The position numbers and the translations under genes are program-made. A DNA stretch of 63,161 nt, counting the filler, from Nitrospirae bacterium CG2_30_53_67 (GTDB lineage: Bacteria; CG2-30-53-67), in assembly GCA_001873285.1 (NCBI GenBank). It is 5 parts of 5 records of this genome, joined end to end, with 100 filler letters (N's around TTAATTAATTAA, not from the genome) between each part and the next. Parts side by side here need not be neighbours in the genome. Positions count along the whole stretch, not along the records: positions 15,956 to 38,837 come from MNYV01000146.1; 4 more parts are not named here. The stretch is one strand, 5' to 3'. Positions 24,376 to 34,411 of the stretch are shown piece by piece. A model generated the notes under the pieces. That model saw only the letters and a program-made list of their open reading frames with translations. It was not told the DNA's origin and made no database searches. Numbering within the stretch: the first letter of the stretch is position 1; every line of letters begins with the position of its first letter.

Positions 24376-26043
24376 TCATCCATGAAGAGGGTCACTCTGT
24401 TCTTGACGAACGGCCGGGCAGAAGAGCAGGGGATCCTTGAGTCCGGCTTCGATGTGCGGCCGCAGCGCCTGACAACGGCCGCTCTGTAATTGCAGACCGT
24501 ACGCCTGCAGGGCTGCACGAGCCGCATCCTGCTCATAGGAGCGGTACAAAATATAGAGCGGTCCGGAGTGCTCTGCGACGAGTTGATGCATCAGCCGGTC
24601 AAAGCCGTTGGGTTGATCCGAGGGCCCGGTGAAATAGCTTTGTATTCTCAGAAAACGGATAGCCTGAGGGAAGAAGGGAATGACATAGGCCATCGGGTCG
24701 TAACCGGCCATGAGCGCCATGGTGTGATCGGGGTCGGCAAGCGTCGGCGGTGTGACGCCGAAGTAGTCATTACTCCATGGTATCCGCCCCCAGGCGGCGG
24801 GGCGCAGGGTCGCCAGCACAAGCACGAGGGCCATGAGTCCTGCGGCCATGCGGATTCTGCGGCCGCTGAAGATCCGCGCCAGAATCAGCCAGATACCGAG
24901 CGGGGCAAGCATTTCGATGATCGTGATGTAGCGGTAGATGGAGAAGAGTTTCAGCCATGCAAGGTAAGAGACCACCCCTGCAGTCAGCATAAATCGAACC
25001 CCGAAGACGGACAAGTGCGGCTCCATACTGTGAGTTTCGTGACGAAGACCCGGAGCGGCACGCAGTCTAAGGATTGCATGAAGGGCCAGCACCATGAGAA
25101 GACCATAGAGCAAGGGGATGCGCAGATCCCGGAAATAAATTTCCGACGTGTGCAACGAATTCAATGCGAAGAGCAGCGGGAAAAACACCGTTTCGAGCAC
25201 GCCTTGAGGCAGAAAACGTTCATCACGATAATTTCCTATCGTCGCCATGGGCGATTGAAACAGATCATTGAAGTAGGGAAAGAGCGGATTGCCGAATTTC
25301 ACCCACAGGCGAACCATCCAGTATCCGTCGGTCATGGCGACACCGGCCAGCACACCCAGTCCGAACCATAGGGCATACAGGACCCTCCGTTTCGGGGAGG
25401 CCGGCACGGTTAGGAACGCCGCACATAAGCCGACAGCGAAGATGGCCGCCGGCTGCTTCAGTCCCGCCGCTAAACCGGCCGCTGCGCCGGCGCCGGCCAC
25501 CCTGACGAGAAGACCGGGGGATGGAGCGCCGGACAGACGTGCGTCATTCGCCAGTACGATCAGGAGAGAGACAAGCACCAGGATGCTCAAGATATTGTCG
25601 GCAGACATGGCGCCGACTTCGGAAAGATTTCCGGCGCCGAGCACGCCGGTCAGTGCAATCACAAAACCCAAGAAAGCGGCTTTGCGCCCGTGAAGCGGGA
25701 CCAGCAAACGGTGTGCAATCAAAAACAAGACCGGAAAATTCAGCCCCTGCACCGTACCCAGCAGGAATCCAACCGCTTTGGGTGGAAGATGGACGACCAT
25801 TTCATAAAAGGGGACATAGAGGATCGGATTATAGAAATTTGCAACCTGCGCCGGCACGATATCGAAATTCATTCGACCGTGCAGAAATGCGTAGGGGTTG
25901 TAGAAATGGTAGTTTCGCAGATCCCAGCCTGCGTCCTGCCCCATGACAATGGCAAGCAAGCCGAAAGCGGCCGGCATGATCAGCCAGGCCGTGATAAGCA
26001 AAAGCCGCGGGATTTGCGGCACGTGATTGGTGGAACGATCCAT
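24376..26043 (-). CDS. Polytopic membrane protein, GT-C glycosyltransferase-like
   Basis: Many TM helices; GQDAGWDLRNYHFYN loop after TM1; AGLKQ and FGNPLFPYFN motifs. Confidence 0.6.
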   Translation of the reverse strand: MDRSTNHVPQIPRLLLITAWLIMPAAFGLLAIVMGQDAGWDLRNYHFYNPYAFLHGRMNFDIVPAQVANFYNPILYVPFYEMVVHLPPKAVGFLLGTVQGLNFPVLFLIAHRLLVPLHGRKAAFLGFVIALTGVLGAGNLSEVGAMSADNILSILVLVSLLIVLANDARLSGAPSPGLLVRVAGAGAAAGLAAGLKQPAAIFAVGLCAAFLTVPASPKRRVLYALWFGLGVLAGVAMTDGYWMVRLWVKFGNPLFPYFNDLFQSPMATIGNYRDERFLPQGVLETVFFPLLFALNSLHTSEIYFRDLRIPLLYGLLMVLALHAILRLRAAPGLRHETHSMEPHLSVFGVRFMLTAGVVSYLAWLKLFSIYRYITIIEMLAPLGIWLILARIFSGRRIRMAAGLMALVLVLATLRPAAWGRIPWSNDYFGVTPPTLADPDHTMALMAGYDPMAYVIPFFPQAIRFLRIQSYFTGPSDQPNGFDRLMHQLVAEHSGPLYILYRSYEQDAARAALQAYGLQLQSGRCQALRPHIEAGLKDPLLFCPAVRQEQSDPLHG

Positions 26044-26189
26044 GTGGGAGACCCCGGAAGAAAAATTCCCTCGTAAATAATTGAGAAATGAACGTGCAGA
26101 ATATAACGAAGAACTGAATCCGGTGTCAAGCTTGAAAAGCCCGACTCAAGATATTGCCAGTTAGTCTCAAGTTTGACGGCTTCGTATTT

Positions 26190-26336
26190 CGTTATGCCGG
26201 ACCTGATCAGGCATCCGTTTCTTTGTTCGTCATTATCCGGCTCCCCGATCCAGCCTCCCCTCGACTGTGATCGGGGGGCGGAGGACGGGTCCGGCCGGAT
26301 CATCCGGTTTATTTTGTCTGGATTCCTCGATCAAGC
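26190..26336. repeat. REP-like palindrome cluster with nested inserts
   Basis: GTTATGCCGGACCTGATCAGGCATCC; GTCATTATCCGGCT...CCGGATCATCC; TGGATTCCTCGATCAAG; lies in the spacer upstream of the GT-C-like gene. Confidence 0.7.
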
Positions 26337-26361
26337 ATAGGCGTCAGGGCAGGGTCGCCTC

Positions 26362-26562
26362 TCAGCGTTGAAGAGCGCTGTTCAGTGCATCCATCAGGTT
26401 CTCCAGGTCGGCGCCATCTTTTTGGGCCGTGGATTCAATGGATGCCCCTCCGCCGCAGCAGGAATCCACATTAAACCGGTTGAAGACTGAAATGGTCTCC
26501 GGATACTGCCTGATCACGTCATTGATGATCATCTCCCGGGTGATCCTCGTCATCCTCATCAC
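26362..26562 (-). CDS. Small DUF542/ScdA_N-like protein (DxCCGG motif)
   Basis: INDVIRQYPETISVFNRFNVDSCCGG resembles the N-terminal domain of RIC/YtfE. Confidence 0.75.
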   Translation of the reverse strand: MMRMTRITREMIINDVIRQYPETISVFNRFNVDSCCGGGASIESTAQKDGADLENLMDALNSALQR

Positions 26563-26579
26563 CTCTCTGCTAAATGGTC

Positions 26580-26891
26580 CTATTCGGGCCTCGGCGCCAC
26601 AACGGCCAGAACAGAAAGGCGCGTCAGGGCCCGGATGCCATGGGGGACATTCGGCTCGCAGTGAAAGATGCTCCCTTCCGAACCTCTCTTTTTTTCCTGG
26701 CCCACGGTGAACTCCCCTTCACCTTCCAGAACCTGCATCATGACCGTGGAGGGGGCTACATGGGAGACGATCTCCTGGCCGGCCTCCAGACACAGGAGGG
26801 CCATGCGCAGATGTTCCGAGTCGTGAAGAAGCTGCTTGACCGGATGCTCTTTGGAATATTTCTTCAGTGCGTTCAGTTCAATGGTTTCCAT
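26580..26891 (-). CDS. Cupin domain protein
   Basis: LEAGQEIVSH...VLEGEGEFTVG...PNVPHGIRA. Confidence 0.85.
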   Translation of the reverse strand: METIELNALKKYSKEHPVKQLLHDSEHLRMALLCLEAGQEIVSHVAPSTVMMQVLEGEGEFTVGQEKKRGSEGSIFHCEPNVPHGIRALTRLSVLAVVAPRPE

Positions 26892-26929
26892 AACCACTCC
26901 TATCATGATGAATGAATTTCGATCCCTGT

Positions 26930-27139
26930 TTAAACCTTGATCTTCAAAACCTCGTTGATCTCGTCCACGATCACCTTCGGGTCCAGGTTGTGCATGGTGG
27001 AACCGAAGGCAATGCTCTCCATATTGATCCCGGGACAGGTGAAGCAGCCGTTTCCAAAATGTTTCTCAATGACGGCTCTGGCCTCTGGACAGAGCTTGAT
27101 CACATCCCCGATCACCGTGTCTTTTGTGATTTCTTTCAT
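26930..27139 (-). CDS. DUF1858 (hybrid-cluster-associated redox disulfide) protein
   Basis: ITKDTVIGDVI...GNGCFTCPG...ESIAFGSTMHNLD. Confidence 0.8.
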   Translation of the reverse strand: MKEITKDTVIGDVIKLCPEARAVIEKHFGNGCFTCPGINMESIAFGSTMHNLDPKVIVDEINEVLKIKV

Positions 27140-27230
27140 GTTGATTCCTCCTTAATATTTTTTATGCAACTGCAGCACGGTAAACTATCCATCAGCCATA
27201 TTTGTCTGCTGCCTGAAACGCATAATTTAT

Positions 27231-27429
27231 ACAAAACCGGAAACCCTTGGCCACGAATCTTCACGAATGAGGCACGAAAAAAAACTTCGCGTAGATTCGT
27301 GTCCATTCGTGGCAAACTCATCTGTTCATATATTAACACAACGTTGCATAAAAAATAGTGACGTGAATCACATAATTGATACAAAAACAGAAACCCTTTC
27401 GCCACGAACCTTCACGAATGAGACACGAA
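27231..27429. repeat. CCACGAA-type nonamer repeats (one hairpin plus a ~48-bp direct repeat)
   Basis: GCCACGAATCTTCACGAATGAGGCACGAA...TTCGTGTCCATTCGTGGC hairpin (27250-27313); direct copy at 27381-27429. Confidence 0.75.
27330..27372 (-). promoter_or_regulatory. CRP/FNR-family (HcpR-like) class II promoter for DUF1858-cupin-DUF542
   Basis: AGTGA-CGTGAA-TCACA (27357-27372) with minus-strand TGn-TAATAT at 27335-27330, i.e. -41.5 geometry. Confidence 0.7.
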
Positions 27430-27475
27430 CATGGGTGGCGTCTTGGCGAACGTCATCATCAAGACGGAGAAACTT

Positions 27476-29566
27476 TTAACGGGACGAGCCGTTCAGTCCC
27501 GTCAGTTTCCGGTACATCCCCACCAGCTTCTGCGGCAGGGATCGGATATCTTCCAGAACCAGAAAGTTCCCCCGCTCAAAGATAGTGGGAAGATATTCCC
27601 TTGCCTCGGTGTCTACGGTGATGCAATAAGACTGGATGCCTGAGGCCCTCGCTTCGAGCAGGGCCTTCCTGATGTCTTCAATGCCGTATTTGCCTTCATA
27701 GACGTCAAAATCGTTGGGCTTGCCGTCGCTCAGGATGATCATGAGTTTGGTCCGGGCCCGAACGTTTTTGAGGATCCCGGTCAGATGACGGATGGCCGGC
27801 CCCATTCGGGTATAGTCCAGGGGCTTCATCCCGCCGATCCGGGCCTTGATATCGGGGCCGTAGTTCTCGTCGAACCCCTTGAGGGTAAAGAAATCACACT
27901 GTTTACGGGTCTTGCTTGAAAAACCGTAGATGGCATAACGGTCCTGGATCGCCTCCATGGCCTCACCCAGGAGCAGGAGGGCCTCGCGCTGCTGGTCCAT
28001 GATCCTCATGTTCTTGACATAGGCATCGGTGGATGCCGAAAGATCGGCCAGAAAAGCCGTGGCAATCTCCTTTCTCCGCCGAGACCGTTTGATATAGATC
28101 TTCTCGGACGGCGCCACACCGGCACGGATGTCGGCCAGCGCCTCGATGAAGGCGTCATGGTCCACCTCTTCGCCGTCAATCCGCTTCCGGAGCTTCTGGT
28201 ACTCGGGACGGAGGGCCATGAATTCCTTCCGGATCCTGGTGAAAAGCCGGCTTTCTCTCTGCATCAGGTTCTCGGCCCATTCCGCATCCAGCCGGTTATA
28301 GGTCCTCTCATGCAGGGTGCACCAGTCCTCGCGAAAAGAGCCGATCCGGCAGTCCCATTCGTCATAGAGGATCCCCGGTGGTCCGTCCCCCGTGTCCACA
28401 TCCTCCGCTTCCGTATCGAAATCAAAATCGTCTTCTACCAAAAGGATGCTCCCGGCCTTGCGTGCGGTCCGGATCATTCCCGTGGATTCCAGTTCGTCCA
28501 GAGACTTCCTGAGGTCTTCCACATCCTCGTCCGTATCCAGAGGGCGGCTGATATTGAAATACTTGGCGATCATGCTGATCTTGTCAAACCGGTTGAGCAG
28601 AATCCCCCTCTTGGCCTCTTCTTCATCAAACTCGGTGGACTCCGGCGCGACCTTTCTCTGTGTGGTGAGTTCCTTCTGCTTCTGCTCGGCATCTTCGGCC
28701 TCTCCGTCCCCAGCGTGGCCCACGGTTTCGACTTGGATGGCCCCTCGAAGCGTCCGGAGCACGGCATTCAGGTTGATCCTTCCCCGGTAGGGCACAGGAT
28801 CCACGCCCCGGTATTCACCCTCCTCTCGGTTCAGGTCTCCCATGATCCCAAGGGCGAGCCGGGCCGAATCCGTCGCCGTGCTCCCGTTTCCGATCAGGTG
28901 CAGCATCTCTTCCCGATAGGGCTCCGCCCAGGTTCTCACCCCATCCGGAAAAGGCGCAAGATTGTTATGGGGATCCAGGCTGACCCGGACAAGGGCCTCC
29001 ACCCTTGCCTGCTTGGGGGACATGGATGGGATCCCGTTCCTCACTTTAAGCGAATTCGACCTATGGGCCGCAAGAAGCCTTTTCAGCCCGCCCAGTTCAT
29101 CCACAAGGCGCCGCTCCATACGAGCATCTTCAATGAGCGCAAAAAGATCGCGGACCAGATCCGGATTTTCGATCTTTTCAAAGAGCCCGAGTACCTCAAG
29201 ACTCCCGAAGCGGATCTGGCCGTACTTGTGGGCAATGATGGCCTTGTAAAAATTGAAGTTCCCATCGGCATCGGGGAATGTGTTGATTTCCTCGGGGAGA
29301 AAGATCCGTTTGAGGTCGGTGTAGGAATCCTCCGGGTCTGAAGGGACCTGTTTGTCGGCCATGCGGATCAGACCAAAGGCATACCCCTTCCCCTCCTGCC
29401 AGATCCGGTTTTCCCGCACGCTTAGGGGCTGTTTCATGAGCCCGGAGAGATATATATCCAAGACCTCCTGAATCTCCTGCAGGCGAACGACGCTTGAAGA
29501 AGCGTCCTGCCTCTCCCGGGAATTTCTGTTGATCGTTCTGTCAATGAATGCCTGGATCATGTACAT
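27476..29566 (-). CDS. norD: Nitric oxide reductase activation protein NorD (VWA)
   Basis: YDEWD, DLSASTD MIDAS, YTRMGPAIRH, LSDGKPNDFDVYEGKYGIED. Confidence 0.92.
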   Translation of the reverse strand: MYMIQAFIDRTINRNSRERQDASSSVVRLQEIQEVLDIYLSGLMKQPLSVRENRIWQEGKGYAFGLIRMADKQVPSDPEDSYTDLKRIFLPEEINTFPDADGNFNFYKAIIAHKYGQIRFGSLEVLGLFEKIENPDLVRDLFALIEDARMERRLVDELGGLKRLLAAHRSNSLKVRNGIPSMSPKQARVEALVRVSLDPHNNLAPFPDGVRTWAEPYREEMLHLIGNGSTATDSARLALGIMGDLNREEGEYRGVDPVPYRGRINLNAVLRTLRGAIQVETVGHAGDGEAEDAEQKQKELTTQRKVAPESTEFDEEEAKRGILLNRFDKISMIAKYFNISRPLDTDEDVEDLRKSLDELESTGMIRTARKAGSILLVEDDFDFDTEAEDVDTGDGPPGILYDEWDCRIGSFREDWCTLHERTYNRLDAEWAENLMQRESRLFTRIRKEFMALRPEYQKLRKRIDGEEVDHDAFIEALADIRAGVAPSEKIYIKRSRRRKEIATAFLADLSASTDAYVKNMRIMDQQREALLLLGEAMEAIQDRYAIYGFSSKTRKQCDFFTLKGFDENYGPDIKARIGGMKPLDYTRMGPAIRHLTGILKNVRARTKLMIILSDGKPNDFDVYEGKYGIEDIRKALLEARASGIQSYCITVDTEAREYLPTIFERGNFLVLEDIRSLPQKLVGMYRKLTGLNGSSR

Positions 29567-29580
29567 CCTACAGATATACC

Positions 29581-29710
29581 AAATACTAAATCCTAATATC
29601 TAAACCCTAAACAATATCTAATGACAAAAATTCAAAACAGCCCTGCTTTGTACATTTGAATTTTGAAATTTGGATTTGTTTAGGATTTAGGATTTCGAAA
29701 TTAGAATTTG
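29581..29710. repeat. AT-rich heptamer inverted repeat between norQ and norD
   Basis: AAATACTAAATCCTAATATCTAAACCCTAAACAA ... TTGTTTAGGATTTAGGATTTCGAAATTAGAATTT. Confidence 0.75.
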
Positions 29711-29762
29711 AACACCCTAAGCTTCCTCTTCATACCCAAACTTCACCTTTTTGCCCAAAAGA

Positions 29763-30581
29763 CTAAAACACGGACGTAATCAACTCCCTGATCCCTCTCT
29801 TCACCTCGGGCTCGTCGGTAATCGGCTGCAGCATGGCCAGCTCACAGGCCCTCGGCGAAGGGATCCCGCCTTGTATCAACTGCCCGGCATAAACCAGAAG
29901 CCGGGTGCTGACCGTCTCCTCGAGTCCTTTGTCCTTGAGATTCCGGATCTTGCTCCCCAGAAGGATTAGGGAACGGGCGGTCGAGATCTCCACACCGCTT
30001 TCGTGTGCCACGATCTCCGCCTCCTTGTCCGCAGCCGGATAATCAAATTCCAGAGCCAAGAACCGCTGTTTGGTGGAGGGTTTCAGATCCTTGAGCAGGC
30101 TCTGGTATCCGGGGTTAAACGAGATCACCAGCATGAACTCATCCGGCGCCGTCAGGGTCTCCCCGGTCTTCTCTACGGGAAGAATCCTCCGGTCATCGGT
30201 CAAAGGATGGATCACCACGGTGGTGTCCTGCCTGGCCTCCACGATCTCATCTAAGTAACAGATGGCCCCGATCCGCACGGCGTGGGTCAGCGGCCCGTCG
30301 ATCCAGACCGTCTCTCCGCCCTTGACCAGGTAACGCCCTACCAGGTCGCCGGCGGTGAGATCATCGTGGCAGGCCACGGTCACCACCGGCCGTCCCAGAC
30401 GATGCGCCATGTACCGTATGAACCGGGTCTTTCCGCAGCCGGTCGGCCCTTTGAGCATGAGCGGGAGCTTCTTCCGGTAGGCGGTTTCAAATACCACCGC
30501 CTCGTCCCCGATGGGGATGTAATAAGGCATGGCTTGTTCCGGACTCTCCACTTCGTCGGCCTGTTCAAGATAGGATTTCAT
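29763..30581 (-). CDS. norQ: MoxR-family AAA+ ATPase NorQ
   Basis: [47 protein letters not shown]. Confidence 0.95.
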   Translation of the reverse strand: MKSYLEQADEVESPEQAMPYYIPIGDEAVVFETAYRKKLPLMLKGPTGCGKTRFIRYMAHRLGRPVVTVACHDDLTAGDLVGRYLVKGGETVWIDGPLTHAVRIGAICYLDEIVEARQDTTVVIHPLTDDRRILPVEKTGETLTAPDEFMLVISFNPGYQSLLKDLKPSTKQRFLALEFDYPAADKEAEIVAHESGVEISTARSLILLGSKIRNLKDKGLEETVSTRLLVYAGQLIQGGIPSPRACELAMLQPITDEPEVKRGIRELITSVF

Positions 30582-30603
30582 CTTTGCTTCTCCTTGATAC
30601 AAA

Positions 30604-30674
30604 AAGCGATCAGCAATCAGATGCCAGCAAAGGCCCAGGATTCGGTTTTTCTGCTGACCGCTGAAAGCTGAACG
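30604..30674. repeat. AGC-ATC heptamer inverted repeat between norB and norQ
   Basis: AGCGATCAGCAATCAGATGCCAGCA ... TGCTGACCGCTGAAAGCTGAACGC. Confidence 0.65.
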
Positions 30675-30684
30675 CGGGTGACTG

Positions 30685-32016
30685 TCACGCCGCCCGTTTT
30701 ACCCCGCCCTGGAAAAAGGCCTTGACAAAGTACAGGACACCGACGGCAAAGACAACCCCTCCGGCAAGGCGGATGGCATAGAAGAGCCACATTTGGTTCT
30801 GCACCACCATGAACGGCATGTGGTTGTAGCGTTCCATAAAGGATTGCACGACCCCTGCGCCGAACAGGGCCAGGGTCATATCGGACATGCCGATGACCAT
30901 GAGCCAGAAAGCGGTGAGCGCAGTCCGCTTGTCAAAGCCGTCTTTACCCTTCATAGCCGGAATGGCATAGGCCATCATGGCGAGATTGATCATGGCATAG
31001 GCGCCGAAAAAGGCCAGATGGCCATGGGATGCCGTGATCTGGGAACCGTGGGTATATCGGTTGATCTGAGGCAGGGTATGCATGAGCCCCCAGATACCGG
31101 CCCCCAGAAAGGCAAAGATCGCGCAGCCAAGGGTGAAATAGATGGCGGCCCGGTTCGGATGCGCGCGGCCTGCCTTCTCCATCATGGCAAAGGCATAGAT
31201 GGTCATGCCCAGGAAGGCAAAGGGTTCAGCGGCCGAGAAAATCCCGCCGATCCAGAGCCAGTAAGAAGGATACCCTTCCCAGTAATAGTGATGGCCGGTC
31301 CCCAGGATGCCTGAGAAAAAGGTGATCCCCACGATCACATAGAGCCATTTCTCGAGGACCTCCCGGTCCACGCCGGTCAGCTTCAGGAGCAGGAAGGAAA
31401 GCATAGCGCCCATGATCAGCTCCCAGACCCCTTCCACCCAGAGATGCACGGTCCACCACCAGAAGTACTTGTCCACGGAGAGATTACGATAAGCGCCCAC
31501 ATGGTTCCCCAGTGCCGGGAGAAAGAAGAGCGCCGCCCCTACCAGTCCCATGACCAGCACGATCTGAACCGAGGTCCACTTTCCGCCCTTTATGATGGTC
31601 ATGATGATATTCAGGACAAAGGCCAGGACCACGACCGTGATCGCCAGTTTGATGATGAAGGGCTGCTCCAGGAACTCACGTCCGTCGGTTATTCCGAAGA
31701 GATACCCGACGATGGCAGCCACGCCGCCGATCACGAATCCCGCGAGGTGGATATTGGCCAGGGCCGGGCTCCAGACCTCGGTCTCGGACTCCTCCACCAC
31801 GAGGTAGTAAGAGGCGCCCATAAACCCGATGAGGATCCAGACGATGAGCAGATTGATGTGAATGGTCCTCATGACATTAAAATCAATGACCTGATAAAAG
31901 AAATCCGGAAAAACATACTGGATGCCGATCCAAAGCCCGGCAATGACCTGAAGCACTAAAAGCAATAGGGCCACGACAAAATGATTGTAGGCCACACTCT
32001 GGGTCTTGTATTTCAT
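30685..32016 (-). CDS. norB: Cytochrome c-dependent NO reductase large subunit
   Basis: [46 protein letters not shown]; 443 aa, no qNOR extension. Confidence 0.95.
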   Translation of the reverse strand: MKYKTQSVAYNHFVVALLLLVLQVIAGLWIGIQYVFPDFFYQVIDFNVMRTIHINLLIVWILIGFMGASYYLVVEESETEVWSPALANIHLAGFVIGGVAAIVGYLFGITDGREFLEQPFIIKLAITVVVLAFVLNIIMTIIKGGKWTSVQIVLVMGLVGAALFFLPALGNHVGAYRNLSVDKYFWWWTVHLWVEGVWELIMGAMLSFLLLKLTGVDREVLEKWLYVIVGITFFSGILGTGHHYYWEGYPSYWLWIGGIFSAAEPFAFLGMTIYAFAMMEKAGRAHPNRAAIYFTLGCAIFAFLGAGIWGLMHTLPQINRYTHGSQITASHGHLAFFGAYAMINLAMMAYAIPAMKGKDGFDKRTALTAFWLMVIGMSDMTLALFGAGVVQSFMERYNHMPFMVVQNQMWLFYAIRLAGGVVFAVGVLYFVKAFFQGGVKRAA

Positions 32017-32028
32017 TCTGACTTCCTC

Positions 32029-32772
32029 CTATAGGGTTTTGAGATAGGCGGTGATTGCCTGGATCTCTTCATCTTTGAATCCGAAAATGGGCATGATGGA
32101 CTCCGGATTCACAGACTTCGGGTCTTTCAGCCTCTTATGAAGCGTATCGGGATCCAGTCTCTTGGTCACGCCGGTGAGATCCGGCCCCACGGTCTGCCCT
32201 ACACCCTTGATCTTATGGCATGAGGTGCATCCCTTTTCCGTAACCAGTCTCCTCCCTTCCTCGACCTCGTGGTCAGCCGCAGTTTTCTGGACCGGTTTGG
32301 AAGCAGTCATACCCGGTTCCGCCGCTTCTGCCTCTACGGCCTTTGCCGGCCTTGGCGGCCAGTTGTGGGTATCGATCTTGTCGATCCACTCGAAGAAGGC
32401 AATCAGATGGCTGATCTCTTCATCCGAGAGGTGCAGGTTGGGCATCTTTCTCTGGCCTTTGGCCTTCTCGATCCCGCCATACCAGACCTTGACCGGGTCC
32501 TTGAGAAAGGCCCGGATAAAGTCCGGCCCTTTCTGGCTGTAGATATCCTTGAGTTCCGGTGCGTAGTATGCGCCCTCCCCCACGAGGGTATGGCAGCCGA
32601 TGCAGTCGTACTTTTCCCAGACCTTCTTGCCCGAGATGACGTCGTCCGTCAAATTCTCTTAATGCGTATAATCCTTGATGGTCGACATGGTATGGATCGA
32701 CAATGCAAAAAAGATTACCAGACAGGCCATGGTCCCGATGAAGAACCAGTTCCTTGCAGTATTTTTGGTCAT
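32029..32772 (-). pseudogene. norC: NorC with a second C-terminal cytochrome c domain, interrupted by an in-frame TAA at codon 38
   Basis: ATG 32772 after AAGGAG: MTKNTARNWFFIGTMACLVIFFALSIHTMSTIKDYTH*ENLTDDVISGKKVWEKYDCIGCHTLVGEGAYYAPEL...; stop at 32659-32661; second motif CTSCH. Confidence 0.85.
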
Positions 32773-32890
32773 AATTTCGTCTCCTTAGTCGTTATCCTAT
32801 TTAAACACCACAAATTATCGCACACCCTCCTCTCTTCGTCACCCCCTCTCATTTTGGTTGTTCTCCTCTACGAGCCATCGGCCCTTTAGC

Positions 32891-33088
32891 GGGTAAGAAG
32901 GGGTCGAGGGTTCCAGGGGTCAAGGGGTCAAGTGAAATACTGAAACGCAAGCAAAATCTCCAGATAAAAACACTGGAACCCTTGAAACTTAGGACCCTCT
33001 GCCCCTTATGTTTTTAGCACTTCACTTGGCCCCTGGAATCCTTGACCCCTTGACCCCTGATGTTTTCATCCACTCTTTTGAAGATGAT
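32891..33088 (-). repeat. Family A repeat copy upstream of norC
   Basis: Reverse complement of the 1384-1621 element; ends TTTTCATCCACTCTTTTGAAGATGAT on the + strand. Confidence 0.9.
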
Positions 33089-33186
33089 CCTTATTTTTGG
33101 GGTCTCTTTAATAATGCCATTGCAAAAAAGGCAATCTTGGGCTATAAACTTACCATTGATTTATAGCATTGGCAAGTCAACTCCAC

Positions 33187-33229
33187 AGTGACCTATATCA
33201 CAGAAGTTTTTGTTTTCCCGGAGTAATAT
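33187..33229 (+). promoter_or_regulatory. CRP/FNR-family (HcpR-like) class II promoter
   Basis: AGTGA-CCTATA-TCACA (33187-33202) with TAATAT at 33224-33229; same spacing as the 27.3-kb promoter. Confidence 0.7.
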
Positions 33230-33296
33230 TAAGAAAGAATTCGTCTTTTCGTAAAGAATATGAGATCAACACGGCTGATTTAAGGAGGAAAGAGAC

Positions 33297-33707
33297 ATGG
33301 ATAGATTCGTAAAAAGATTTATTTTCATGGGGATTCTCTACCTGATGATCGCAAGCGTCCTGGGAGCGGCCATGATGGTTTTTCCGGTATCGGCAAAACT
33401 GCGCTTTGCCCATGTCCACCTGAACCTTCTCGGATGGATGTCCATGATGATCTTCGGGGTGGGCTATCATATCCTCCCCCGCTTCACCGGACGCCCCCTC
33501 TACAGCAGCCGCCTCGGAGAAATCCAGTTCTGGCTCGCCAATATCGGACTGATCGGCATGGCGCTGATCTCCATGACCGGACAGATAACGCCGGATAAGC
33601 CGCTTTTCCCGATCTTTATCATTTCAGGTCTTGTGGAGGTACTCTCCATCTTCATCTTCTGCTACAACATGATCATGACCGTCTTTGTGAAAGGCGAGGC
33701 GGTATGA
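33297..33707 (+). CDS. Small 4-TM protein resembling a fragment of heme-copper oxidase subunit I / NnrS-like
   Basis: FAHVHLNLLGWMSMMIFGVGYHILPRF; QFWLANIG. Confidence 0.7.
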   Translation: MDRFVKRFIFMGILYLMIASVLGAAMMVFPVSAKLRFAHVHLNLLGWMSMMIFGVGYHILPRFTGRPLYSSRLGEIQFWLANIGLIGMALISMTGQITPDKPLFPIFIISGLVEVLSIFIFCYNMIMTVFVKGEAV

Positions 33708-33844
33708 TATGGGGAAACCCGTGTACTCGGTTTACTGGTGGTGGGCAGTAAGCGTAACCAGCAATGTTATGTTGGAGGCATGGCTTCTAATGAAAGGGAA
33801 TTGGGATTCGTTAAGGGTGGCGGGTCAGTCTACCGCCCTTCTGT

Positions 33845-34051
33845 CTACCTTGCGGATTTTGCTTTTGACTGTACGGCTGCTTTCCGGGACAACTCAAATT
33901 TAACATACCGCCGCAGGTGTAACTCCTGCATCATAGGATCGCTTGGAAACTCACTTAGAACTTCTTTTATAAGTTCTTTTATTTGTCTTGTGGTCAAACC
34001 CGAATTCTTGACTAATGCCTCAACATCGAATGAATAATTCATCACCGGCAT
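33845..34051 (-). CDS. Small hypothetical protein
   Basis: 68-aa ORF with an RBS-like GGAAGG; EVLSEFPSDPMMQELHLRRY. Confidence 0.5.
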   Translation of the reverse strand: MPVMNYSFDVEALVKNSGLTTRQIKELIKEVLSEFPSDPMMQELHLRRYVKFELSRKAAVQSKAKSAR

Positions 34052-34124
34052 CCTTCCCTTTTAAAATTCTGGTGGAGCAATAATTTCGATTAGGTATTGT
34101 CCCCGGAATCTATCCCATCGATTT

Positions 34125-34403
34125 TTAGGCCACCCTTTGGATTTCTTTTCCCTCATACTCCGGAAACATGATGATGGCAGGATGGACATCAAAGGCTTTT
34201 GCGATCTGCTCCACACGTTTTTTGCCGATTTCCACCTTGCCGTTTTCCAAGAGGCTGATATTGGTTGCGCTGATGCCGGAGCGCCTGGCAAGTTCCGCCT
34301 GGGTCCAGCCTTTCAGTTCCCGAAGCATCCGAATGACCTCACCGGTCGTCAGTTTTGCATGAGGTTTTGCCGGTACAAATTCAGCACGCTTACGAGCTTT
34401 CAT
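34125..34403 (-). CDS. XRE-family HTH antitoxin (HigA-like)
   Basis: IRMLRELKGWTQAELARRSGISATNISLLENGK; ATG 34403 after AGGAG. Confidence 0.85.
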   Translation of the reverse strand: MKARKRAEFVPAKPHAKLTTGEVIRMLRELKGWTQAELARRSGISATNISLLENGKVEIGKKRVEQIAKAFDVHPAIIMFPEYEGKEIQRVA

Positions 34404-34411
34404 ATGTTCTC

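Noticed and set aside
32659..32661. Selenocysteine or pyrrolysine readthrough of the norC stop
   Set aside because: The codon is TAA, not TGA or TAG, and TAA terminates many normal genes in this window.
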